Positions 18,105-26,102 of a DNA stretch of 32,000 nucleotides are shown piece after piece. The position numbers and the translations under genes were made by a program. This stretch comes from Candidatus Thorarchaeota archaeon (GTDB lineage Archaea; Asgardarchaeota; Heimdallarchaeia; Hodarchaeales; Hodarchaeaceae). The DNA lies in assembly GCA_048882505.1 (NCBI GenBank), contig JBHLRO010000001.1, forward strand, positions 210,001 to 242,000. Direction: 5' to 3'. The first letter of the stretch is position 1; every line of letters starts with the position of its first letter. Under the pieces are notes generated by a model. The model saw only the letters and a program-made list of their open reading frames with translations. It was not told the origin of the DNA and did not search any database.

Positions 18105-18114
18105 TATAATATAT
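18105..18114 (+). promoter_or_regulatory. Candidate TATA-like box for the nfeD-flotillin pair
   Basis: TATAATATAT about 50 nt upstream of ATG 18163, which supports that start over TTG 18052. Confidence 0.3.
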
Positions 18115-18162
18115 CTTTTAAAGTTTCGAGTGCAGGATTACCTGAATCTTACGGTATGGTTA

Positions 18163-18888
18163 ATGAGCGAACTGGAACTTATTCTACTTATTTTTCGACA
18201 GATTTGTTTCGGTAGCTTGATCTCAGGGTTTATTATCTTCTTTTTAACGCTCTTTCTCCAAGGATCCCACATATTTGACCACGATTATGACCTAAATCAT
18301 GATATTGATCATGATCTAACCGTAGAATCCGACCTTACCGTTGGTGTAGATAAAGATATCCACGTTGGGATTGATAAGGATATTAACGTCGGTGTAGATA
18401 AAGATTTGGACTTTCATGATCAGCAAATCGATGTTGATACACCAGCCCCTCTCATGCTCATACTGGGTACGTTCATGATAACCTTCGGGGGTACAGGTAC
18501 GTTTCTTCTAAATAATTCGTTCGTAAATCCCCTTCTTTCACTGTTAATAACCGTAGTATCACCTTTTCTAGTGACAATTGGAGTTGCCAAACTTTGGGCA
18601 CGAATCGCAGTTGAAGACACATATCAAACAGCATTAGAAACCATAAGAGTCGATGATGAGGTGAAAACATTGACCACCGTGGATAGCCAAGGCGGCCTTG
18701 TTCGTGTAGAGACCTCATCAATCCATGGACCTATTAAATTGGCTGCAAAGACCCGTTACGGCGCGATCCCTAAGGATATGCCTGCTTACGTCGTCGAGGT
18801 TAAAGGAACTATACTAATTATTGATGAATGGCCTACGCATGATGGGAAGGAGAAATCGATTCCAGAGGGGAAGATAACATGGGAATAA
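18163..18888 (+). CDS. NfeD-like (YqiJ/YuaF-type) membrane protein with C-terminal OB fold
   Basis: N-terminal TM, Asp/His-rich loop, two further TMs (FMITFGGTG), C-terminal GGLVRV...IKLAA....IPK...AYVVEVKGTILII. Located directly upstream of an SPFH gene. Confidence 0.8.
   Translation: MSELELILLIFRQICFGSLISGFIIFFLTLFLQGSHIFDHDYDLNHDIDHDLTVESDLTVGVDKDIHVGIDKDINVGVDKDLDFHDQQIDVDTPAPLMLILGTFMITFGGTGTFLLNNSFVNPLLSLLITVVSPFLVTIGVAKLWARIAVEDTYQTALETIRVDDEVKTLTTVDSQGGLVRVETSSIHGPIKLAAKTRYGAIPKDMPAYVVEVKGTILIIDEWPTHDGKEKSIPEGKITWE
18340..18411 (+). repeat. Three imperfect 24-nt tandem repeats encoding VG(V/I)DKD(I/L)x
   Basis: GTTGGTGTAGATAAAGATATCCAC / GTTGGGATTGATAAGGATATTAAC / GTCGGTGTAGATAAAGATTTGGAC, in frame within the NfeD-like gene. 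Confidence 0.85.
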
Positions 18889-18959
18889 GAGCTCCATTTG
18901 CGAGTTCCGCAGGTTATAAAGGTAATAACTTCCTAAATTTGAATATAGGTGAAAAATAA

Positions 18960-20195
18960 GTGAACACAGACTATTTTCTACAAGCAGATCTAGGACCTTT
19001 TCTCTTGGGAAACCTATGGTTGGTTTTTGTCTTTGGATTTGTGCTTTTCTTGTTGTTCGTTCTTTTTTACTTGTCTCGTTATCGAAAGTATAAAACCAAT
19101 GAATATGTAATCCATTTTAGAGCTGGCAAGGTTAAACGGGCTGGTACAGGTGGAACAGTCATTTTATGGCCAGTTATAGACGAGGTAGTTGTAATACCTA
19201 CCACTGTCCAGCAAACCCTCTTGGAAGCTCGGGAGAAAGTGGTTTCCTATGAGTATCAGGATGTTGCCATAACCGCATTCGTCTATTGGCGGGTTACGAA
19301 TCCCGAAGTTAGCTTTTCCAAAGTGAGTTGGAATCCCGTAAGAAGTGATTACGTGGAAAAAGCAATTAAAAACGCTACTGAGGCAATAATACGCACTACT
19401 TGTGCCAATATGCCTATTGAACAGATAATACGAAATAGGGCGGAGATTATCAAACAGGTTACGAGTGAATTACATAATCTGGCGGGAGACTGGGGCATTA
19501 CAGTCGAATCAGTGGAGATCCGAGACGTAGAGGTCGTTGATGAACGCCTAAAAGAGAATTTGGAAGCAGTCAAAAAAATCGCTGAGTCTCAAAACGCTCA
19601 ACTTCGTCAAGCAGAAATGGAGGAACTAGTGCAGCTCCGAAATCTCGAGGTCAGGAGAAAGACCGGTGAAAGCGATCAGGCAGTTAAACTGACAATAGAG
19701 CAGAAAGCCAAGGATCGTGAAATTAAAATCGCGCAATTGGAACAGCAACGCGCCGTAATCGCGGCGGAAACCGAACGCAAGCAAAAACAGATTAACGCCG
19801 AAGCTGAAAAATACCTTCGAGTAACCCAAGAAGTAGGGGTTGAAGCAGAACGAATCCGCCAGCAAGCCATTGCCCGCAAGGATCAATTACTGGCTGAAGC
19901 TGAAGGCGAGGCCGAAAAGATTCGAAAGACACAGATTGCCTTAGCAGAGGGAATTCTTGAACAATCAAAGGCTTTGAGTCAATCAGATGGTAAATACATC
20001 CAACTGAAGACGATAGACATGCTTCCAGAAGTTTTCAAGAATATTAATGTCGATCGGATGATCCTACTCGGCGAAGGTCAAGATGCATACAAAGGGATTG
20101 CCCAAATGATCCTTCCATTCATGGAGCTAGCTAAGGAAACAGGGATATTATCTTCAAAGGCAGACCAAAAACGGAAAAGGATTCCTGCGCAATAA
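18960..20195 (+). CDS. SPFH-domain flotillin-like protein (FloT/YqiK type)
   Basis: N-terminal TM, SPFH core (WPVID, FVYWRV, EAIIRTTCANMPIEQI, WGITVESVEIRDV), Ala/Glu-rich coiled coil (AEAE repeats), C-terminal NVDRMILLG. GTG start follows AGGTGA. Confidence 0.88.
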   Translation: MNTDYFLQADLGPFLLGNLWLVFVFGFVLFLLFVLFYLSRYRKYKTNEYVIHFRAGKVKRAGTGGTVILWPVIDEVVVIPTTVQQTLLEAREKVVSYEYQDVAITAFVYWRVTNPEVSFSKVSWNPVRSDYVEKAIKNATEAIIRTTCANMPIEQIIRNRAEIIKQVTSELHNLAGDWGITVESVEIRDVEVVDERLKENLEAVKKIAESQNAQLRQAEMEELVQLRNLEVRRKTGESDQAVKLTIEQKAKDREIKIAQLEQQRAVIAAETERKQKQINAEAEKYLRVTQEVGVEAERIRQQAIARKDQLLAEAEGEAEKIRKTQIALAEGILEQSKALSQSDGKYIQLKTIDMLPEVFKNINVDRMILLGEGQDAYKGIAQMILPFMELAKETGILSSKADQKRKRIPAQ

Positions 20196-20226
20196 CCAGG
20201 TTAACGAGCCTCTTAGTAGCAATTAA

Positions 20227-22503
20227 TCATGGGGTATCTAACAATAGCTTCACTAGTCTGAGTGCAATCTCTTTGTCTAAGGGGAAATTATCATTCCCGC
20301 ATTTTGGACTTTGAACACAGCTCGGACACCCGCCAGAACAGGCACAATCCCTGATTAATTCTTTAACACATACAAGAAGAGTCCTAATCTTAGAGTAAAG
20401 CATTTCAGTAATACCGATTCCTCCTGGGAAACCATCATAAATGAAGATTTTTACGCGCCCATCCATTGGATATTTTGGGTAGGAAACGCCCCCAATATCC
20501 CACCGATCACACATTGCAAACATAGGGGATAAAGCAATAGTTGCATGCTCCAATGCATGAATTCCTCCAGGGAGGTCTCCTCTGGATTCGATTATCTGGT
20601 TTACGATTTGGTCGGGGATATCAAACCACAACGCCTTAGTATCGAACTTAAGCGGTGGTAAATCTAAAGGAATTGTCTCTAGGACTTCCAATGGCGTTTG
20701 TTTGACATAAGAGTGATAAACTTCTGTTACTCGAACTTCCCCATAAGTTACTGGAAATCCAATTTTAACTTCTTTTAGAACAGACAGGATTTGAACATCA
20801 GAAGTGGATTTTGTCTCAGTGTAGTAGTCTACTTCGATCTTAGCCGCAAACGCTTTTCCTAAATCCCAATCCATTTTCTTAATAAGGTAGGTCTCGGCTT
20901 GATGGATTAGAATGGCTCCTTCATGGGCTTCACGATACGCCTGGGGAATTGTCATAGTTTCCAAGAGGGTACCGCTCTCCAATACCTCTATGGTGCTAGT
21001 GAAAGCGGAATTTAGGTGAACGATGGATGCCGGACGTTGATTTGAAGATGCTGTAATTCCACGGCGTGAGATATTCACCAATGATTCTTGGCGGAGTTCA
21101 TTGAATAACTGCTTCCCCATTTCGCCCCAGATACTCTCGATCTCCTCAATTTGTACAGGGATTTCTTTGGCAGCACATAGAAGATGGCCTTTGAGAATGT
21201 ATGGATTTTCAAGGTCAATAATGGCGTTTTCAGGGTTCCGATCTAGAAGGTATTTTGGATGATTTCCCAGAAATTGTTGATAGGCATCTGAAAAAAGAAC
21301 TAGGGTCGCAAATGAAGATCTGTCTGGATTTCTTCCTACTCTTCCAATTTGTTGCCACAGGGAAATTATAGTGCCAGGAAAACCTGACAAAATCACGGCA
21401 TCTAACTCGCCGATATCGATCCCTACCTCTAGGGCGTTAGTACTTGTGACAGCTTGAATTTCTCGCTTTCTAAGCTTTTCTTCAATCGCACGCCTTTCTC
21501 GTGGGCGGTAGCCAGCTCTATAGGACATTACTTGCTCTGGATTCTCTTGATCTGTTGCTAGATCGTGTTTTACCCACCTGGAAAGCAGTTCTGCCATGCG
21601 TCGGGATTGTGTAAAGCAAAGCGTTTGGAAACCTTGTCTTAGATGTTCGTACAAGAGCTCTCTCGTTTCTTGATGGGGAGAACGTCTAACAACATCATTG
21701 TCGGAAAGAAAAGGCGGATTCCACATAATAAAATGCTTTTCTCCGATGGCAGCCCCATTGTCTGCAACCACTTCTACTGGTTTCCCGATCAGCTTTGTAG
21801 TAAACTCCTTTGGATTATTGATTGTGGCAGAAGAAAGGATAACTTGCGGGGAGGAATTATATTGTCTAAGAATCCGAAAAAGCCGACGAAGCAATTGGGC
21901 CACATTTGACCCAAAAACACCACGATAAGTGTGGGCTTCGTCAATGATAAGGAACCTCAAGTTCCGAAAGAAGCGATCCCATTTTGGATGCCAGTCGAGG
22001 TACTGATGCAGGGCATATGGGTTTGAAATAATCACTTGCGCATAGTTACGAATAGCTGGCCTTTTTTCTGATGGTGTGTCTCCATCGTAGATAAAGGGCC
22101 GCAGTTTTCCCTCCAAGACAGAATCTAATTCCTCCAATTTTTTTAATTGGTCATTGGCAAGAGCTTTCATGGGATAAAGAAACAGGGCTGTTGTCCGTCT
22201 TTTCTCTGCAATTGCGTCTGCAACAGCAAGAGAGAAAATTAATGTTTTACCTGATGCAGTCGGGGTAGTAATCACAATATTCTTTTTCTGATGGATTAAA
22301 TTCAGAGCTTCGGCTTGATGACTGTATAATCGCAGTTTCTTTCTCCTAAGCCATTTTTCTAACGAGGGGCTAAGGGAAAAGTCCAGTGTTCCATAGACGG
22401 GGGATTTGGGAGCGAATTTCGTTTCAAAGATTATCTGTTCCTTATAACTTGGATCGGACTTTATGTTTGAATAGATATTGGATATCTCCACTGAAAATCC
22501 CAT
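20227..22503 (-). CDS. SF2 DEAH-box helicase with C-terminal DUF1998 (Hrq1/MrfA(YprA)/SftH family)
   Basis: LYSHQ, TPTASGKT, YPMKALANDQ, YDGDT, IDEAHTYRGVFGSNVA, SAT, YRAGY, TNALEVGIDIG, QQIGRVGR, HALEH, YDGFPGGIG, and the Cys cluster MCDR...CACSGGCPSCVQSPKC. Confidence 0.93.
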   Translation of the reverse strand: MGFSVEISNIYSNIKSDPSYKEQIIFETKFAPKSPVYGTLDFSLSPSLEKWLRRKKLRLYSHQAEALNLIHQKKNIVITTPTASGKTLIFSLAVADAIAEKRRTTALFLYPMKALANDQLKKLEELDSVLEGKLRPFIYDGDTPSEKRPAIRNYAQVIISNPYALHQYLDWHPKWDRFFRNLRFLIIDEAHTYRGVFGSNVAQLLRRLFRILRQYNSSPQVILSSATINNPKEFTTKLIGKPVEVVADNGAAIGEKHFIMWNPPFLSDNDVVRRSPHQETRELLYEHLRQGFQTLCFTQSRRMAELLSRWVKHDLATDQENPEQVMSYRAGYRPRERRAIEEKLRKREIQAVTSTNALEVGIDIGELDAVILSGFPGTIISLWQQIGRVGRNPDRSSFATLVLFSDAYQQFLGNHPKYLLDRNPENAIIDLENPYILKGHLLCAAKEIPVQIEEIESIWGEMGKQLFNELRQESLVNISRRGITASSNQRPASIVHLNSAFTSTIEVLESGTLLETMTIPQAYREAHEGAILIHQAETYLIKKMDWDLGKAFAAKIEVDYYTETKSTSDVQILSVLKEVKIGFPVTYGEVRVTEVYHSYVKQTPLEVLETIPLDLPPLKFDTKALWFDIPDQIVNQIIESRGDLPGGIHALEHATIALSPMFAMCDRWDIGGVSYPKYPMDGRVKIFIYDGFPGGIGITEMLYSKIRTLLVCVKELIRDCACSGGCPSCVQSPKCGNDNFPLDKEIALRLVKLLLDTP

Positions 22504-22505
22504 AA

Positions 22506-24860
22506 TTAAGATATATCTGATATGACTGAGTGACCATCTCTATTCCGGCTAATGTTTATAGAATATGGGAATTGATCCGCGATTTCAGTCAAGTGAGTTA
22601 TTAGGATTATTTTGAACTTATGAGATAGTTTGAACAGCTTATTAACGAAAGCTTGTTGAGCTTCCAATGAATCTAATGAGCCTAGGTCTCCCTCATCTAT
22701 AAAAAGAGTCTTTTTTATAGTGGAATCCTTAGGATGATTTTGACCCAGTTCAGAAAGCTGCTCACTAATTGCAAGGCGCAGGGCGGCATTGATCTGGGTC
22801 CGTTCCCCTCCTGAGAATGTCGCAACATCTCGAGCACCCGTGGGAGTATTGATTAGAATATTAAAACCAGTCGCTTTCTTTTCAGATGAGAGTTCTTCGA
22901 GCTGAAGGTTAGTCAACCTTTGATTGGTAAGTTCTCCAAGAATGTATGATGCTCTTCGTCCAATCAGGGGTAAAATCTTTTGAATCGCATAGAACGGAGC
23001 CCCTTTGGTATGAAATACATCTATTTTTAGACGTTCTAATATCGACTCTTTCTTTGCCAAATCTGCTAGCGCATTCTCTAGCTGTTCAATCTCAGGCTTG
23101 ATTTTAGTTAACTCATCTAGATTTCGCTCATATCCCTTTATTTTTTCATCAAGACGGGCGATGTTCTCATTGACAATCTCGCGTTCTGCCTTATAGTTCT
23201 CAATATCCTTTAGAAGAGAGGAGTATTCTGCTATAATATCGGGAGATCCGGATAAACTTATCTTGAATTCGGAAATAGATTTCCGTATTGATGTGATCTG
23301 CTTGTTTATGGAATCGATTGCACTTGTGGGATCTTTAACCTCCTCCAATTCCTTCTGTAATCTATTATACTCCTGCTTAATCTTTTTGATTTCCTTATTT
23401 TTCTTTAAGAGCTCCGCAAGTTTTGTTCCCTTCTCTGGTGAGAACCCAATTTCCTTTAGACGTGATTCTGCGTCTTTTAGCTCGAGTTCATGTCTGGCCA
23501 AATCTTCATCCAGTCGATCCATCATGGCCTTTTTCATGTTCTTAAAATCCGCAATTTTACTCTGGATCTCGCTGAGTACAAAAGAATCGGCATTAATTTT
23601 GTTTTTAACTTCTTCTAGGCTTGCAAGTTCAGTTCTTGCTTTCTGTTGTTCTTCTCCAAGTTCATTCAGAAGGAGTTCTCCCAAATTCCAAGTTTTTTCC
23701 AGGGAAATCCGTTGAATACGTTCTACAAGACGCCCTTCTTGTTTTAGCGTTTTAAAGGCTGTCTTTTGGTCGATATCCGTTGACAGGTTCTTGCTTCTAG
23801 TCTCTTCCTTTGAAATACGACTCTCAATTTGCGACTGCTCTAATGTCCCTTTTTCTTTTAAGCGATTCACCTGCTGAACCATTGCTTTTATCTGCTGTTT
23901 TACCGATTTACTTTCGTGTTGAAGACCAGTGAGAGTGAGAATTTGATCCTCATCATCCCTTATCAGATTTGTTTTATCTCTAAGATCATCTAATCGTTTT
24001 TTTAGTATATTAAATTCATCTAGTTGTTTATTTTGTGTTTTCAATTCTTCTGAGATGCGAACCAATTGGTTTTGGGCAGCCTCATACTGTGCTTGGATTC
24101 TACGATAGTGTTCAACCTCTTTTTGCCTGTCATTTTCCTTAGACCTTAACGAGGTTAGTTTATCTGAAATGGCCTTATTACGATTAATATTGTGGACTAA
24201 TTGAGGTTTTAATTCCTGAATATTATTCTGCATGGCGGTAATTCTTTCTATTTCTTTTTGTTTCTCTTCTAATATACCTGAAAGCCTATTCTTATCATTT
24301 AACACATTTTGTAGTCTTGATGTGGCATATTGTGAGGCTTTCTCAAAAATATCAAGTCGAAAAAGGTTTTGAAGTGTGGATAACCGTTCCGTTGACGTTT
24401 TTGAACCTAAAGCCTTCATCTCATCTTGTCGGATGATTGTGGCATGCTTGAATGCTTGATAGTTCATTCCAAGTAGGTTGGTTCTAAGCAACCTATTCAG
24501 ATCAGGGATTGTGCCTGGAACCGTCCTCCCATCAACTCGAACGTCCAAATAACTCCGCCCTTGCTTATTTCTACCACGTTCAACCCTTACTCTAGCTAAA
24601 TTCGTCCTAAAATGACAAACTACTTTACCATTTCTGCCACATATGTTCTCAATATTGACAGTTGGAAGTTCAGTTCTGGAACTTCGACCAAATAATGCAA
24701 AGGTTAATGCATCTAATATTGTGGTCTTCCCCGAACCTGTCGGGCCGGATATTACTAGATATGGAACCTTAAAATTGAGGGTAGTAGGGGATCTGTAGTT
24801 CATAAAATTGTAGAGCTTAATCCTTTGAAGGTCAAACCCGATCCCGATTGTCTCACCCAC
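22506..24860 (-). CDS. rad50: Rad50/SbcC-type SMC-family ATPase lacking the CXXC zinc hook
   Basis: Walker A GPTGSGKT, Q-loop IRQDE, coiled coil about aa 171-612, signature FSGGE, Walker B/D-loop LFIDEGDLGSLD, H-loop ITH. GTG start overlaps the upstream TAG by 1 nt. Confidence 0.9.
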   Translation of the reverse strand: MGETIGIGFDLQRIKLYNFMNYRSPTTLNFKVPYLVISGPTGSGKTTILDALTFALFGRSSRTELPTVNIENICGRNGKVVCHFRTNLARVRVERGRNKQGRSYLDVRVDGRTVPGTIPDLNRLLRTNLLGMNYQAFKHATIIRQDEMKALGSKTSTERLSTLQNLFRLDIFEKASQYATSRLQNVLNDKNRLSGILEEKQKEIERITAMQNNIQELKPQLVHNINRNKAISDKLTSLRSKENDRQKEVEHYRRIQAQYEAAQNQLVRISEELKTQNKQLDEFNILKKRLDDLRDKTNLIRDDEDQILTLTGLQHESKSVKQQIKAMVQQVNRLKEKGTLEQSQIESRISKEETRSKNLSTDIDQKTAFKTLKQEGRLVERIQRISLEKTWNLGELLLNELGEEQQKARTELASLEEVKNKINADSFVLSEIQSKIADFKNMKKAMMDRLDEDLARHELELKDAESRLKEIGFSPEKGTKLAELLKKNKEIKKIKQEYNRLQKELEEVKDPTSAIDSINKQITSIRKSISEFKISLSGSPDIIAEYSSLLKDIENYKAEREIVNENIARLDEKIKGYERNLDELTKIKPEIEQLENALADLAKKESILERLKIDVFHTKGAPFYAIQKILPLIGRRASYILGELTNQRLTNLQLEELSSEKKATGFNILINTPTGARDVATFSGGERTQINAALRLAISEQLSELGQNHPKDSTIKKTLFIDEGDLGSLDSLEAQQAFVNKLFKLSHKFKIILITHLTEIADQFPYSINISRNRDGHSVISDIS

Positions 24861-26080
24861 TACTCGTCCACCTCCAATAACGCCTCGTCGAGGATTTCCT
24901 TCCCCGTTTGTAACAGTTCCTTCTGGTATGGGAAATCCTTACATTGATCCTTTATGTAGTCGTCAAATAGATGACGGGGGTCAAGTGTAAAACTTTCAAG
25001 GATCGTAGGTTTGATATCCTCCATTCTTTGCCACAGGATCTCGTAGTGGAACGCTTTTTCCAGCTGGGCAATGAGTTTGGGCATATTGATTCGTTTTTTA
25101 ACCGAGGGAGAGATCGAAATGTCCAATCTCAATACAATGTCTTCAAGTGTATCGGGTAATTGTTTCAAAATCGTATTGGTTGGATCAGAACTGCCATCTG
25201 GAACCACAATTTGTGTTCTAGTTAGTCTCCTAGGTTTACTAGAATGAAAGGACAAGGTTTTGGATTCGGTGTCATAAATATAGAATCCCTTTTTCTCATT
25301 CACTTCCCCGAAGTCAACACGCTCTATGGAGCCTGGAATCAGGACTTTATCATGATAGATAGTCTGCGGAGTATGGATATGTCCAAACACTGCCAAATCG
25401 ATTTGATCTAGCGGCAGCATTTGCTTTTTAACCACGAATTCATGCGGCAATTGATCAGGGTATGGAATTTTCCCGATTTTCGACCCTGAAACGAAAAAAT
25501 GGCCCACGATAAACTTGGCTGAAGTATTAAGGGACTGGATTTGCCGTTTGATCCAAATCTCCATCCACTCTTGCATACGCAGTAAACGTTTATCTCTGGG
25601 AATTGTTTCTCCCATATTTCGTTCGATATGTTCTAGTAGCTGGGTAGGGGTCATATACGGTATTAGTATAAATCCGATTTCCTCTTCTGTTGATGGTACG
25701 TATATGGTTACCGATTTTGGCAGCCTTGTGACAAAACAATTGGAAAAATTAGTTAATTCCCCAAAAGGGGCTCCTTTTTCTGTGATTTGGGGAGAATCGT
25801 GATTTCCCCCAATTATGATTAATTGAATATTACTTGCTATGAATTTAGACCAGATTTTTTCACGGACTTGCCGGAGGAGTGTAGGACCGACATTTACTCT
25901 GTCAAAAAGGTCGCCTGCAATCACAAAGATATCTATCTTCTCATGAATGGCTTTTATGACGATTTTTTCCAAAGTTTCAACGAAATCCAAAGTTCGCTGA
26001 CTCAGTCCAGTCCTGTAGTCTATCTGATACGGGTAGCGAATCCCAATGTGGATATCAGCAACGAACAAAATCCTAGCCAT
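24860..26080 (-). CDS. mre11: Mre11/SbcD-type metallophosphoesterase nuclease
   Basis: Five phosphoesterase motifs: ADIHIG, AGDLFD, GGNHDS, VGHFF and FGHIH. Also PGSIERVDFGE..KGF. GAGGA ribosome-binding site. Confidence 0.93.
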   Translation of the reverse strand: MARILFVADIHIGIRYPYQIDYRTGLSQRTLDFVETLEKIVIKAIHEKIDIFVIAGDLFDRVNVGPTLLRQVREKIWSKFIASNIQLIIIGGNHDSPQITEKGAPFGELTNFSNCFVTRLPKSVTIYVPSTEEEIGFILIPYMTPTQLLEHIERNMGETIPRDKRLLRMQEWMEIWIKRQIQSLNTSAKFIVGHFFVSGSKIGKIPYPDQLPHEFVVKKQMLPLDQIDLAVFGHIHTPQTIYHDKVLIPGSIERVDFGEVNEKKGFYIYDTESKTLSFHSSKPRRLTRTQIVVPDGSSDPTNTILKQLPDTLEDIVLRLDISISPSVKKRINMPKLIAQLEKAFHYEILWQRMEDIKPTILESFTLDPRHLFDDYIKDQCKDFPYQKELLQTGKEILDEALLEVDE

Positions 26081-26102
26081 TCAAATGTCCTCTAATCTGG
26101 AA

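Noticed and set aside
17861-18150. Long stop-free stretches in the protease-nfeD gap
   Set aside because: Suitable start codons appear only late in the frames, giving peptides of about 25-32 aa with no recognisable motif.
18340-18411. 24-nt repeats as a possible CRISPR array
   Set aside because: The repeats are contiguous with no spacers, in frame within a CDS, vary at synonymous sites, and no cas genes are present.
20227-22503. DUF1998 helicase as part of DISARM or Druantia
   Set aside because: It is a full-length Hrq1/MrfA-type fusion, not split DrmA/DrmB, and no methyltransferase, PLD nuclease or Dru genes are in the window.
22506-26080. Hookless SMC-like ATPase plus nuclease as a Wadjet (JetABCD) or condensin system
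   Set aside because: There is no SMC hinge domain, no kleisin or KITE genes and no Toprim JetD. The partner is a classic Mre11/SbcD phosphoesterase.
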